Virus record (IMG/VR): IMGVR_UViG_3300044878_000031
Location: 1-64,000 of that record
Source of the DNA: a virus
Length of the DNA: 64,000 nucleotides
Direction: 5' to 3' (one strand)
Shown here: in pieces, positions 30,381-40,875 of the stretch
Numbering within the stretch: the first letter of the stretch is position 1
Layout of the letters: every line of letters begins with the position of its first letter
The notes under the pieces: model-generated
Databases searched by the model: none
Told to the model about the DNA's origin: nothing
Seen by the model: the letters and a program-made list of their open reading frames with translations, nothing else
Translations under genes and position numbers: made by a program

Positions 30381-31067
30381 TTATTGAGACAGATGCTTCG
30401 GAGGCAAACCTACCGAAGCGTCACCCAGTTGGCGAGCGCTGACTTGTGCAGTCAGACCAGCAACCATCTGGGCCATTTGTTGCGCAGGGGTCAAATGTGC
30501 GAACACACCCTGTTGTACGGCAGGCATTTCTTCCGTTGGCATGGTAGCCGACACTGGAGCTTCCTTGAGGAAGGAAGTCTCGTCGATCGGATCAGACGAC
30601 GCACGGTACACTTCCACGTAGAACGCAGAATTGATAGCGCCACCGCATTGTTTCTTGAACTCGTCCTGGATCAGATGTTCCAGAGCGTGGTCCACTTCGG
30701 CCACGTCGAATTGGGTCGAACCCATTTCACGACGGGTGTGGATGTGGAGCTGACCAGGTGTTACCGGATGATCGAAGGCATCCTGGTATACACGATACAT
30801 AGTATTGTCAGTCAGGGACTTGTGGAACTGAAACACCAGTTGTGGGGCCGCAGGAGCCTCGTGGTAGTGTTCCTGAGCAACCGACTGAGGGATGCCTTGA
30901 CGCATCGTGATCAGTTGACCAACGGCCAGCCCGAGGTCACGGATCGAGGACAGGACAGCATCTTCCAGACCGGACATCCGACCTTCGAAAGCATTCATGC
31001 GCTGTTCGAGATCGTTCAGACGTTCGCTTGGGTTGACTGGGCGTGCTGGGGGTTGCATTGGGTTCAT
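30381..31067 (-). CDS. Hypothetical protein
   Basis: 228 aa, N-terminal coiled coil. Confidence 0.65.
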   Translation of the reverse strand: MNPMQPPARPVNPSERLNDLEQRMNAFEGRMSGLEDAVLSSIRDLGLAVGQLITMRQGIPQSVAQEHYHEAPAAPQLVFQFHKSLTDNTMYRVYQDAFDHPVTPGQLHIHTRREMGSTQFDVAEVDHALEHLIQDEFKKQCGGAINSAFYVEVYRASSDPIDETSFLKEAPVSATMPTEEMPAVQQGVFAHLTPAQQMAQMVAGLTAQVSARQLGDASVGLPPKHLSQ

Positions 31068-31069
31068 GG

Positions 31070-31474
31070 TCAGTTTCCGTTGTTGGCGTTGAAAATAGCA
31101 ACGACTTTCGAGTTGATTGTCTGGATCTCCTTGCCGACACTATAAATAGTACCGTCTTGGGTCACAGTCGCGTCTACCCGGAGGTTTACTTTACCAGGGT
31201 CAGTTGGGTCACCGTCTAATACCTGAACGTCAACTTGGACGGAGTCGAAGTAGGGACGGAGTAAGTTTGTAAGCTGCTTGGACGTTTCTGAACGGAGCAG
31301 GCTACGATTCTCAGCACTGGCCTTGATGATGTAGGGAAGCGAAGCAATGTTGCCCGCGTACAGGTGACTCTGTGAGAAATCGCTCACAAAGAAATACCCG
31401 ATGAGTTTGTCGCACTTCTCTGAAATGTTCCCGACCCAGCCGGAAGCACTCAGGCTTGGAACCTGAACAGCCAT
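31070..31474 (-). CDS. Conserved protein, possibly baseplate wedge (gp25-like)
   Basis: 134 aa; helix then beta meander LRPYFDSVQVDV...VNLRVDATV. Confidence 0.5.
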   Translation of the reverse strand: MAVQVPSLSASGWVGNISEKCDKLIGYFFVSDFSQSHLYAGNIASLPYIIKASAENRSLLRSETSKQLTNLLRPYFDSVQVDVQVLDGDPTDPGKVNLRVDATVTQDGTIYSVGKEIQTINSKVVAIFNANNGN

Positions 31475-31567
31475 TTGTCTACCCTCTAAGAACCAAAAAA
31501 AAAAGAGCAGACGGTGGTTCCAAACAAAAAAGAAAGGGAGCCGAAGCCCCCTTTCTCTAACTGTCGA

Positions 31568-32185
31568 TCACAGTGAGGAGTTGTAACGACTGGTTGGGTC
31601 GTCCTTCCCTTCACGGATCTTCCGAACCATGTTCCCGATGGAGTCAATGATTTCGAACTGTTCGTCGAACTTCAACTCAACATCACCAGGCTCAAGTTCT
31701 TCCCAGAACGTCCAGCTTTCCCAACCACCGTCTTCACGCTCTTGCACCACACCATTCATGAGGCGACGGTAGTCATAGTGAGCATGACCCACGGCATCAC
31801 CGTGTTTGTTCACGTACGTATCCGAGTAGCCATCCAACTTCTGCTGGAGGAACAGGTTACGAATGAACGGGTCGGCCATCAGGTACCGTTGCATTACTAC
31901 TGGTGCGTGTTGCATTTGCGCGATGTTGTTCAGCTTACGGATTACATCAGCATCCCACATGGTTTGGACACTCCGCACAGCCGCACGAGCAGCCCGCATT
32001 GCGTTCTCACCAAAGTACTGATCCCACTTCGCTGTTGCCGTTTCCATAAAGGCTCGGCCAGTGTCAGTCAGGTTCTGGGTAAAGACTGAGGCAGACTCAG
32101 CCAAATACTGGAGAGTTGCTTGTGAACGTGGTGCGTACGCCAGCTCATTAAACGCCAGCGCACCTCCTTCAATGTATCGTGCCAT
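31568..32185 (-). CDS. Conserved phiKZ-like core protein (gp59/Imp3-like position)
   Basis: 205 aa; YDYRRLMNG and DPTS motifs; synteny downstream of beta'N. Confidence 0.55.
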   Translation of the reverse strand: MARYIEGGALAFNELAYAPRSQATLQYLAESASVFTQNLTDTGRAFMETATAKWDQYFGENAMRAARAAVRSVQTMWDADVIRKLNNIAQMQHAPVVMQRYLMADPFIRNLFLQQKLDGYSDTYVNKHGDAVGHAHYDYRRLMNGVVQEREDGGWESWTFWEELEPGDVELKFDEQFEIIDSIGNMVRKIREGKDDPTSRYNSSL

Positions 32186-32225
32186 GATAGCTCCTCTTTA
32201 CATACCTTAAGCAAGGCCTGTAAGT

Positions 32226-32492
32226 TTAAACCAAAGAGAAGCCACGCTCTTCCAGCCATTCTGGTTGGGAGTTGGTTGCCACAATGATCATTGCATCATT
32301 ACGACCGTCGATCAGGTACAAATCGTACTGACCGTCAGTTTGCTTCAGCTCGAAGGTCACCTCATGCGCCGCGAGTTCCTTGCACATCTGTGTGAATTCT
32401 TCGGGGGTTTGTTTGACCAGCGACAGGTACAGTGCTGGAGTTGAGTGGTGACCGTCTTGAATCAGCTTCAGGACTTTCTCAGTATTGCTCAT
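32226..32492 (-). CDS. Hypothetical protein
   Basis: 88 aa, AAGGA RBS. Confidence 0.6.
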   Translation of the reverse strand: MSNTEKVLKLIQDGHHSTPALYLSLVKQTPEEFTQMCKELAAHEVTFELKQTDGQYDLYLIDGRNDAMIIVATNSQPEWLEERGFSLV

Positions 32493-32540
32493 GATTTTTC
32501 CTTTTCCGTAAAAGGTCGAGGGGCCGAAACCCCTCGGAGG

Positions 32541-33962
32541 TTATCTGCCGTGATGAATGAAGTTCGCGATCGTAGCAATGATCGTAGACGAAAGACTCAC
32601 GTGACCAGAGATTGCTCGAGGTGCACGCAGGTCCAGTACACCGTTGCGTGGAGCCAACGGGTCTAACTTCTCCAGCGTCTTCTGATCCAAGATCACAATG
32701 CCGTTGAGGGCGTCACCGTCAAAGTCAGCGTTCATCCCCGAGAGAATGTTCACAGACGGACTGATGGTGTTGATACGAGGATCTTTCTTGATGCGACGAA
32801 TGTACAACCGTTGCGCCGACAGACGGGTCAGCGTTGGGTTACGTTGGAAGATGACCGGAATACCTTTACGAGGGGATTCGTTAATCAACTCCTGGAACAA
32901 TTCATCCAACAGTGGATGGTAACGCAGGGTGTTCTCGTACAGGAACTTGTTAGCTTCGTTCGGAGTGAACCCACGTTTCAGCAGCTTCGCCGTCAGGTGG
33001 ACTTTGAAAGTCATCACCGACAGTGACCACGGCGCTTCCAGATCTTCATAGTGGTGAGGATCAGAGAGCGACGAGATTACGCCACGGAACGAGAAGTTGA
33101 CTCGAGAGCCGAAGATGTGTTTCCGATACCAACCAGGCTTCCCGCCCAGTTGCGTAGTAATGAAGGGAGCGTAATACGCCACCAACATGTTGAGAGCCTT
33201 GATCGTACGCAGTTCGACTTCCCGTTGCCGTAGGGGCGTAGGGGAATTCTCGATTGCGCTGAAGGTACGCATGGCACTTACCGCAGGAGTCATGCCAGTG
33301 TCAGCATAAGTGCCGGTGGCTGTGTTCTCCGTGATAAACGTTACCCGGCTTGGACAGGGTAGGTACTTCGAAAAGATCTGTTTCCGGTACATCTGGATAA
33401 ACAGCAGGGTGTCATCCATTTGCTGCTGGTTCTTGTTGTTCGGAAGTACTTCCCGCAAGAACAGATTCATCAGGCTATCAAAGTTGCGGTAGAACGCGTT
33501 GATCCCTCGACCAATGCCCAGCCCTTTCAGGTACTGGATAATGTTCGCTGAATCATTGTTGGGGGGAATGTAGCTTGGATTTGTAATCCAGTCCAACAAG
33601 TTCGTTCCTTTATATACGAAGACCGGCTTAAGCACATGGAATGCCCAAGGGTTAATCAACGTATCCACGCCTTTCGGTGTGGTAATCCACAGTAACGATT
33701 CCAAGGGCCGTTCGGTAACAGACATACAGGTAAACCCGCAGTTGTCACACACAACTCCAACGTTGTGCTCGAACTTGACCTTCTTACACTCACATGACGG
33801 CACGACGTCTAAGGTGTCACCCTCATAACGCGTCATGATCATTTGGTTCAGTCGTTCCCTGTCTGCCTCGGTGGTAACGTCGAAGTCGTTGATGATGACT
33901 GGAGTTGAAGTGAGGCTATGGAACAACTCATCATGACTAACGATTTCCGCTTCTACACCCAT
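32541..33962 (-). CDS. Non-virion RNAP beta' N-terminal catalytic subunit (gp55-56.1-like)
   Basis: Zn ribbon CEC...CDNC, GSRVNFSFRGVI, QRNPTL, catalytic NADFDGD. Confidence 0.92.
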   Translation of the reverse strand: MGVEAEIVSHDELFHSLTSTPVIINDFDVTTEADRERLNQMIMTRYEGDTLDVVPSCECKKVKFEHNVGVVCDNCGFTCMSVTERPLESLLWITTPKGVDTLINPWAFHVLKPVFVYKGTNLLDWITNPSYIPPNNDSANIIQYLKGLGIGRGINAFYRNFDSLMNLFLREVLPNNKNQQQMDDTLLFIQMYRKQIFSKYLPCPSRVTFITENTATGTYADTGMTPAVSAMRTFSAIENSPTPLRQREVELRTIKALNMLVAYYAPFITTQLGGKPGWYRKHIFGSRVNFSFRGVISSLSDPHHYEDLEAPWSLSVMTFKVHLTAKLLKRGFTPNEANKFLYENTLRYHPLLDELFQELINESPRKGIPVIFQRNPTLTRLSAQRLYIRRIKKDPRINTISPSVNILSGMNADFDGDALNGIVILDQKTLEKLDPLAPRNGVLDLRAPRAISGHVSLSSTIIATIANFIHHGR

Positions 33963-34035
33963 GGGACTCTCCTGAATTAACGGACATAAAAAGAAAAGGG
34001 GCCCGAAGGCCCCTTTCCGTTCTTTTCAACCAGCG

Positions 34036-36045
34036 TTACTGGCGACGACCCCAGGTCCCGGTGAACGGGCTGGCGAAGAGACGCGAGTTCTGCTGCTGTT
34101 GAGAGCCGTAGTTGAAGAAGTTACCGATGTTGCTACCGGCAACCAGGTGATCCAGAGCGTAGCCACCACGTTGGATGGTAGCAGCGCCGTCATCCAGACC
34201 TTTGGCAGGGCGGATAGCCAGGCCAGACTTCTCGATGGCTTGCGACAGGGCTTCCAGGAAATCGTTGTTGAAGGATACGCGACGTGCGAAGCCTTTCACG
34301 TGGATCTCGCTGGCAACCAGTTGTTGCAGGATCGCCTTGCGCTGAGCCAGACGGATTTCCAGAGGAACCTGTGTGTTGCGGTGGGTGTCTTCCCACGCTT
34401 CAACCAGTTTCGGATTGGTCTTGCCAGCCAGGTTGAGAATCGCAACGTAGTCCAGCTCACGCAGGTCACGACGATTGCCTTCGCGATCGTAGTAGTAGCC
34501 GAGGTGGATGCGGTCTTGATCGTCGTAGCAGACTGGGTTGGCCGGGTTGAACAGAGTCTGGAAGTGACCCATGGTCAGGTTGTTGGCCGCTTGCAGGATA
34601 GCCAGGTTGGCATCGACGTCGCCGTTGGCGGCAGCGATGTAGGTCTGGTGAATCCAGGACAGCTCGCCAGCTTCTTCGATGTCGAGGCTGTAGATCAAGC
34701 GAGGAGCGATCAGCATGTTGATCAGTTGGCGCATGGCGTTGTTGTCGAACTCGGTTGCGCGAGTGTCGAGGCGATCTGGCTTGGCTTGTGGATCGCCAGT
34801 CAGGTTCACTTCGTAACCCAGTGCGCCCAGGTCTTTCAGATCAACGTCGGTGCCTTTACCTTTGGCAGCGTAGTAGGTACCGGCCCACTGCATGTTGCGG
34901 TTCAGACCCAGGCCAGTAGCCAGAGCCAACAGTTGCAGTTCCATGGACACGGCGTCGGTCAGGGTATCGATCGACGTCATCACGAAACGTGGCTGGTACA
35001 TCTGAGTAGCCATCGGCTGCTGCTGGAACATGCCCATTTGCAGTTGGTTCTGCTGGAAGCCAGCTTGCTGAGCAGGCTGGTACATCAGATCCACGTAGCC
35101 GGTGAGGCGAGTCAGCGGACGGGACTGTTGCAGGCCGAACTGAGGATCGGTCTGGGTTTGAGCCGACATGGTTACCGCGATGTCCGCACGGACAGGCAGG
35201 CCAACGATGTTTTCGTCGTGCTGACGGGAGAAGTCAACGCGAGCGATCATCTGGTCGTTTGCACCAACTTCGCCGAGGCTGAAGGGTTCTTCGGTACCGC
35301 CCAGCTTGTTGTCCATGATGGCGTAGCAAGCTTGGGTGCTGTTGTGCAGCAGGCGGTTGAAGTGCGCTTCGGTAGTGGTTTCGCATTCAGCAGCGATCAC
35401 TACGCAACCGGCGTCGTGTACCAGAGCGTTCACGCCGAAGCTGTCGATGACGAACTTCTCGAGAACTTGCCAGTAGCTCTTGTTCAGGTAGATGTCGGAA
35501 CCAACGATGTCGACTTCCACTTGGCCGGTGCCAGGGATGTTCACGCTGTTCGGTTCCAGAGGAGCGCCCGAGGATTCAACCATCAGCGAGTAGACCGCGA
35601 TGTGGTTGGTGCCTTGGAACTCTTCTTTGTAGCAGACCAGGATCGAGCTGTAGGTCACCGGGTTCTGGTTGTTGTCCAGTACCAGGATGTTGAAGTCTTT
35701 CTTCTGCTGGTCGGACATGATGCGAGCAGCACGATCTTTCAGACCTTGGGAGATCAGTTGAACATCTTCGCCGGTCAGGTTACGCGGCACCGGACGGCGG
35801 TGGTTGGCGTTGATGTCGAGGACGGAACGGCCACGACTGCCGACGCGGGAGTTTTGCTGGTTCTGGTTCATGTTTACGCCTGCATTGAAAGGTTGTTGCG
35901 ATTGAGCTTGAGGTTGGGGTGCAGCTTGAGCCTGAGGTTGGACAGGGTCAGGCTGAGCGCCAGTATTCATTCCCGCCTGACGCATGGCATCGGCCATTGC
36001 AGAGTTAGGAGGGGTTTGGCCTTCGCCTTGACGTTTGACGGACAT
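34036..36045 (-). CDS. chmA: Chimallin, major phage nuclear shell protein
   Basis: ~669 aa, extreme codon bias, Q-rich N-terminal arm; directly upstream of nvRNAP beta'N as in phiKZ gp54-gp55; early promoter upstream. Confidence 0.85.
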   Translation of the reverse strand: MSVKRQGEGQTPPNSAMADAMRQAGMNTGAQPDPVQPQAQAAPQPQAQSQQPFNAGVNMNQNQQNSRVGSRGRSVLDINANHRRPVPRNLTGEDVQLISQGLKDRAARIMSDQQKKDFNILVLDNNQNPVTYSSILVCYKEEFQGTNHIAVYSLMVESSGAPLEPNSVNIPGTGQVEVDIVGSDIYLNKSYWQVLEKFVIDSFGVNALVHDAGCVVIAAECETTTEAHFNRLLHNSTQACYAIMDNKLGGTEEPFSLGEVGANDQMIARVDFSRQHDENIVGLPVRADIAVTMSAQTQTDPQFGLQQSRPLTRLTGYVDLMYQPAQQAGFQQNQLQMGMFQQQPMATQMYQPRFVMTSIDTLTDAVSMELQLLALATGLGLNRNMQWAGTYYAAKGKGTDVDLKDLGALGYEVNLTGDPQAKPDRLDTRATEFDNNAMRQLINMLIAPRLIYSLDIEEAGELSWIHQTYIAAANGDVDANLAILQAANNLTMGHFQTLFNPANPVCYDDQDRIHLGYYYDREGNRRDLRELDYVAILNLAGKTNPKLVEAWEDTHRNTQVPLEIRLAQRKAILQQLVASEIHVKGFARRVSFNNDFLEALSQAIEKSGLAIRPAKGLDDGAATIQRGGYALDHLVAGSNIGNFFNYGSQQQQNSRLFASPFTGTWGRRQ

Positions 36046-36134
36046 CTCTCGATTCCTTTTCTGTATTTGGGTGAGCACTAACACATCATGAGCATCTGCA
36101 CTATTTTAATACAGTTCGCTTGATGTTCACTAGG

Positions 36135-36142
36135 GTAATATG
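36135..36142 (-). promoter_or_regulatory. Early promoter (CATATTAC) for chimallin
   Basis: CATATTAC-CCTA-GTGA, same spacing as other copies. Confidence 0.6.
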
Positions 36143-36267
36143 TGGGTCAGATTAGTTTCAATCCACAATCACCATGCGGTTACTGAGATCATGCGCCCAT
36201 ATTTCTAAGTACCGTAGTACCCAGGTGGGAGCATTCTCCTATAACATAGTGCAAAGTATGTAAAAGA

Positions 36268-36582
36268 TTACTTAAGCCGGATGTTGCTAATCACGGAGAA
36301 CACGGAGAGCCCCTTAGCTTTAGCAGCTTTGCGAGCTTCCAGTTCAGCGGTCAGCTCCATGATCGCTTTGGAGTCGAACGGGAATTCCGTTACGGTGTGT
36401 CCACGATCATTACTGATGCCCAGTACTACATGGCGTCCTTCCTTCTTTTTCTTGGGCTTGACAGTGGCCATCTCGGGGATTACTGATTCTGGCGTCTTTC
36501 CAGTAGCACGACCAATTTCCAGACGCAGTGCAGTTTCCCAATCCAAGAGTTCTTTGTCAGACATTTTAATACTCAACTCCAC
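36268..36582 (-). CDS. Hypothetical protein
   Basis: ~100 aa, promoter variant CATACTAT-N4-GTGA upstream. Confidence 0.6.
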   Translation of the reverse strand: MELSIKMSDKELLDWETALRLEIGRATGKTPESVIPEMATVKPKKKKEGRHVVLGISNDRGHTVTEFPFDSKAIMELTAELEARKAAKAKGLSVFSVISNIRLK

Positions 36583-36676
36583 AGTTGAAAAAGATTAAAT
36601 GATAGATTCGTTCTAGTCTATCACGAGGATAGTATGTGTTTCAAATTCCTTTGAATCGACTTTTAAGGGCCGCCCA

Positions 36677-37777
36677 ATGTACACCCTATTTAACGAACCG
36701 ATCTGGGGTACGAGTGGTGCTAGTGTTACTTTCCCCAAATACCTCCGGGCGACCCAAGGCCTGAGACAGAATCTGGAGAAGGTGGTTCAGTACAACCGTA
36801 CTTATCCAAGGGCTGTGGAGAGCAACCACTTTCTGGTAAAACTCCTGGCATCCCTTAACGTACCATTAAGCATGGATGTCAACATTTACCGGGACCGGGT
36901 GGAGGAGGTAGCGGAAGGCGTGAGTATGGCCTTCAACTTGACTTCTTCCTTATATAGAGGCCGAGTGTTCTCTCCGGGGATCTTCTACGGGAAAGGGTCT
37001 TCTGAGATCATCATTGCCCATGCTGAAGAATTCGACATCCGCAACATTGAGGATGAGTGGGAAGATTACCGCCCAGTGACTTTCCTGACTCACCCCAAGA
37101 CTGACCTAGGGATTGACTTGCCCTTGGGATTCCAGAACGGTAGCGAAGAAGGTTTCTCTGTCATTCTGGTAAACATTCCGATGTTGGCTTGCCAGTACCG
37201 GATGTGGCGTATCCGAGAGTACCGGGAGAACAATGAAGCACAACGCACCAAAATGCAGTTCGTGTCTTCGTATCCCCTGACCAACGCTCTGTACTCCCAA
37301 CTGGACATTGCGATCCTGAATCGTTTCCAGCGCATCTACCGGGGAGAACCTCGGGGTATGTCAATGCTGCGTAAGCCCTACACCCTGACTCGTTTGGAAC
37401 AGGAACTGGACTTTGGGTTAGACCAGTACGCGGAAGACTTGCAGAAACGCAACTACACCTTCGATCACGTCCTTAGCTATATTACAGGCGTCTCGAGTTG
37501 GACGATGCGTGATGCTATCCGTATTCCTCCGATGGCACCTACCCGGCAGGTTACTTGGGCTTTGGCCTTAGGTCGGGCTGAGCTGGTGAACTTCCTGCTC
37601 GACTGGAACATCGAGAACGACGTCAAGGCCAACAAAGGCTATTGCAACACGATCCAACTGGAGACTTCCCGGTTGCTCAATGACAGTATCATCAAGTCGA
37701 TGCTACCGATGTGGGCACAGAAACCCTGGGACGATCTCTTACGCAAGATCATCGCCAAAGCAAAAAGCGTCCGCTAG
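36677..37777 (+). CDS. Conserved phiKZ-like protein (gp52-like position)
   Basis: 366 aa between the polymerase and chimallin genes. Confidence 0.65.
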   Translation: MYTLFNEPIWGTSGASVTFPKYLRATQGLRQNLEKVVQYNRTYPRAVESNHFLVKLLASLNVPLSMDVNIYRDRVEEVAEGVSMAFNLTSSLYRGRVFSPGIFYGKGSSEIIIAHAEEFDIRNIEDEWEDYRPVTFLTHPKTDLGIDLPLGFQNGSEEGFSVILVNIPMLACQYRMWRIREYRENNEAQRTKMQFVSSYPLTNALYSQLDIAILNRFQRIYRGEPRGMSMLRKPYTLTRLEQELDFGLDQYAEDLQKRNYTFDHVLSYITGVSSWTMRDAIRIPPMAPTRQVTWALALGRAELVNFLLDWNIENDVKANKGYCNTIQLETSRLLNDSIIKSMLPMWAQKPWDDLLRKIIAKAKSVR

Positions 37778-37815
37778 GGAAACAGGGAGGGGCTCGCGCC
37801 TCTCCCTGTTTCTCC

Positions 37816-40044
37816 TTATGCCGCAACAGACGCTGGAACAAAGTCCGAAACCAACTTAGTATTGTTGTCGTTAGACAAGAACACACCAAGGGATTCCAAA
37901 ATCAAATAGAACGGCCGGACAGTGGAGTACACGAGTTTACGGATGTTCATTGCAGACAGCACTTCAGTAGGCAGACCTACTTGCTCTACGACGTCCTTCG
38001 GCAACAACAGAGTAGTTGCGTTAGTCTTGTCGCGATAGGTAGTCATCAATTGCATCTTGATGTTTGGATCTTGGATACCCTCAATCCATTGGCCCAGTGC
38101 AGTTTTGTTAGGCAAGTCTAGGGAAACCTTGATTGCCGAGTACGGTGGTTTTGGAGCTTCACCGTATTTGCCGCTGAACACACGTTCCCACAACAGGTAG
38201 TGCTGGTACGGAGATTGACCTGGGTTAACGTAAGCACCTGCGTCTTTAACCGAAGCACGAGCCAAGTACAGGGATTCCCCACGCATAACCGACGCGACAA
38301 TGCCGTGTTCGATGTCTGCGATCTTCTGCATGATCGGAGTGATCTTGATCTTCTCACCAGCCATCACGCAATCCATTACCCCACACATCGTGGCTGTAAC
38401 TTCCTTCATGATGTTCGGAGGACAGTTCGAGTCTTTGAGGTAAACCCCTTTGATCTCTTCCTCCAGCTCGGTGAACACGTTACCTTCTTTGGCTGCCTTG
38501 TAGGCGTAGTAGTGCTTAGCCATCGAGGTCAGACTGAAGACAGAGAATGCAAACTCGTTCTTCATGGCCAGTACGTTGAGTTTCTCAGGGACTACGCCCA
38601 GAGTGGTCGACAACATAGCCAGTACGTGAATGATCGACTGAGTAGCCAGATAAACCATGGTGTAATCCACGGCAAACGACTCGGGACTGAAGTCCACCTT
38701 ACCGGTGTACCACTCTACCCAGTTCTGCACGGTGAAGATCGTGGAGTCTGTGTCGGAGGTAATAGCTACCTGACGCACCGAATCCCGAATCCATGCAATA
38801 GAAGCAGGCATGTTGTCTGTAACCCAGAACGCTTTGATCAACCACTGGTAATCGTTGAGTACCGAATGGATGTTCTTGACCGTAGCGCCAATCAGGCAGT
38901 AGTTGTGGGGGTTCTGTTCCAGCAACTTACCCAGGCCTAGGCCCGACAGTTCATCGGAACACAGCAAGCTTACAAACGCTTTGAGGTCGTTGTCCATTCC
39001 CTTGATGAAGGTCTTGGCTTCTTCCAGCTCAATCGGCACTGTAGCTTTCTGGGAGAGACGCGCCATAAAGACACGCATCGGTACATCGTTGTACTTCGCC
39101 AGATGCCACATGTCGCCTACGTAAGCAAACGCAGCACGCTCATGATCGTTCAACCCTTCTACCAGAGCACGGATCTCTTCCATCTGACGACGGTTGGTCC
39201 AGTAGTGTTGAGTCGAGTACGCAATCAGTTGCATGGTCTCGTCTACGGTTGGAGCACGGAATCCGTAGAGATCCATAGCCTTAGCGATCAAGTCGTAATC
39301 CACGTGACCGATAATGCTGACGATGTTGGCCTTCACTACGTCTGGTGCCCAGTAGTGACGGTTGCCTGCAAGGAACTTCTCGTTGTTAGCGTTACCCAAC
39401 GAAGTAGCTACCCGGCAAGTAGAAGTCAGACTGGAGTGTGCAGACTTGTTGTGGAGAATCGTGGAAGCCGACGCTTGCCCACCGGACAGACTGTTGTTCG
39501 CAATCTTGTACGTGGTCTGTTCGTTTTCCTTGAGGTCTTCCAGTTCTTCCATGGTTGCCGCTTGGCGGTTCATGAAACGAGCCTGAACTGTATCACCCGA
39601 TGCTAGGAACTCAGCCGCTTTCAGCTTGAACTCCTGACCAGCCATCTTGGCTTCCAGACCTTCGTGCTTTACTTTACCCCGACCGACGATGTTACCGGTG
39701 ATGTATTCGGAGAGTAGAGACGGCAGTACGTCTGGATGTTCGTAGACTGTCATGCTTGGAGCAAACAGCCAACGTTGTTCGAGGATGTCCTTCAAGTACT
39801 GAGTGAAGGTGGTTTCGTATTGTCCCCGATCCCCATTCTTTCCACGGTTAATACAGAGGAGAGTAGGGTCAGTGATTTCGAACTTGCCGCCTGGACCAGT
39901 AACCCGGAGAACGTAAGCCTTGCAGTCCTCTACGGGTTTACCGGTACGTCTGCTCAGGAACAGAGCCATATCCCGACGATAGTTACCCAATACGTCTAAG
40001 TCGCGTTTATACGCAGACGCTGGTTTAACAAAATGGTTTTCCAT
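37816..40044 (-). CDS. Split family-B DNA polymerase, catalytic subunit (gp50-like)
   Basis: Motif B YKIANNSLSG, motif C SDTDSTIF, AKHYYA, IKGV. Confidence 0.88.
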   Translation of the reverse strand: MENHFVKPASAYKRDLDVLGNYRRDMALFLSRRTGKPVEDCKAYVLRVTGPGGKFEITDPTLLCINRGKNGDRGQYETTFTQYLKDILEQRWLFAPSMTVYEHPDVLPSLLSEYITGNIVGRGKVKHEGLEAKMAGQEFKLKAAEFLASGDTVQARFMNRQAATMEELEDLKENEQTTYKIANNSLSGGQASASTILHNKSAHSSLTSTCRVATSLGNANNEKFLAGNRHYWAPDVVKANIVSIIGHVDYDLIAKAMDLYGFRAPTVDETMQLIAYSTQHYWTNRRQMEEIRALVEGLNDHERAAFAYVGDMWHLAKYNDVPMRVFMARLSQKATVPIELEEAKTFIKGMDNDLKAFVSLLCSDELSGLGLGKLLEQNPHNYCLIGATVKNIHSVLNDYQWLIKAFWVTDNMPASIAWIRDSVRQVAITSDTDSTIFTVQNWVEWYTGKVDFSPESFAVDYTMVYLATQSIIHVLAMLSTTLGVVPEKLNVLAMKNEFAFSVFSLTSMAKHYYAYKAAKEGNVFTELEEEIKGVYLKDSNCPPNIMKEVTATMCGVMDCVMAGEKIKITPIMQKIADIEHGIVASVMRGESLYLARASVKDAGAYVNPGQSPYQHYLLWERVFSGKYGEAPKPPYSAIKVSLDLPNKTALGQWIEGIQDPNIKMQLMTTYRDKTNATTLLLPKDVVEQVGLPTEVLSAMNIRKLVYSTVRPFYLILESLGVFLSNDNNTKLVSDFVPASVAA

Positions 40045-40134
40045 TGTTGCTCCTAAAGCTGTGGCCTTTCATTCTATTGTGCACTCATAGATTTAATTAC
40101 TGTCGGCATAAAAGGGAGCCGAAGCTCCCCTCTA

Positions 40135-40737
40135 TTATTGTTCCGCGACGGTGTGCATGAGATCTACCGAGATAGTCCATTCCTTAAAGAGGTTCCCAAT
40201 GTGGGTGTTCTCTTCTTCGGTACGTTTAGCCGGTTGATTCACGATCACTTCTTTCAGCGGGAACGGGAACTGTGGCAGCTTGGTATCGGCTGACTTTACT
40301 TCCAAGTCAATCTTCAACCAAGGATGACGTTCACCAGACTGTGTGGTGTAGACGTCCACTTCCCATTTCAGGTCAGTGCCTTCGATCGGGAAGAAGTAAC
40401 GCGTCTTGTTCAGACCTTTGTCGGCGAAGAAGCGGTACTGCTCAAAGAAGTCCTTGGTGCAGACTTGTTCTACTTCTTTCTTACCGAGTTCCCCAGGGGT
40501 CTTGGTCTTGACGCACATGTGGAATGTCTTGTCGTCGATAGCCCGGACACGACACTGTGCGAAGGCGCCCTCACCACGATCGCGGTAAGATTCCCATTGC
40601 TCTTGCTTTTCTTGGCTGGCGGCTTGTTCTAGCCAATCCCAGTTCTCAACCCGAGCAAAGAAAGCGTATTCAATTTCCTGCTGGACTTCGCCGTTGGCGT
40701 CATCCTCAAGCGATATGCTTAAACGGCGAAGTTGCAT
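40135..40737 (-). CDS. CYTH (triphosphate tunnel) domain protein
   Basis: EIEY, RVR, KTK, KKEVE, KTRY, WEVDVY, IDLEV motifs; N-terminal SLED. Confidence 0.8.
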   Translation of the reverse strand: MQLRRLSISLEDDANGEVQQEIEYAFFARVENWDWLEQAASQEKQEQWESYRDRGEGAFAQCRVRAIDDKTFHMCVKTKTPGELGKKEVEQVCTKDFFEQYRFFADKGLNKTRYFFPIEGTDLKWEVDVYTTQSGERHPWLKIDLEVKSADTKLPQFPFPLKEVIVNQPAKRTEEENTHIGNLFKEWTISVDLMHTVAEQ

Positions 40738-40875
40738 AAAAAACTCCAATTAGGCAAAAAAAAAAGAATAGGGGGCCGAAGCCCCTTATCCTTCCCTTCC
40801 GTAAGCTACCAACGGCCCGTGTTGGTTTCCTACGTTGACACAGCCCAATGCGTCATACATTAGACGTGTGTGTAA

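Noticed and set aside
34099-36081. 660-aa plus-strand ORF antisense to chimallin (also 10293-11882, 60660-62183, 325-1602, 23765-25117)
   Set aside because: Shadow ORFs caused by strong codon bias on the coding strand; no motifs or RBS.
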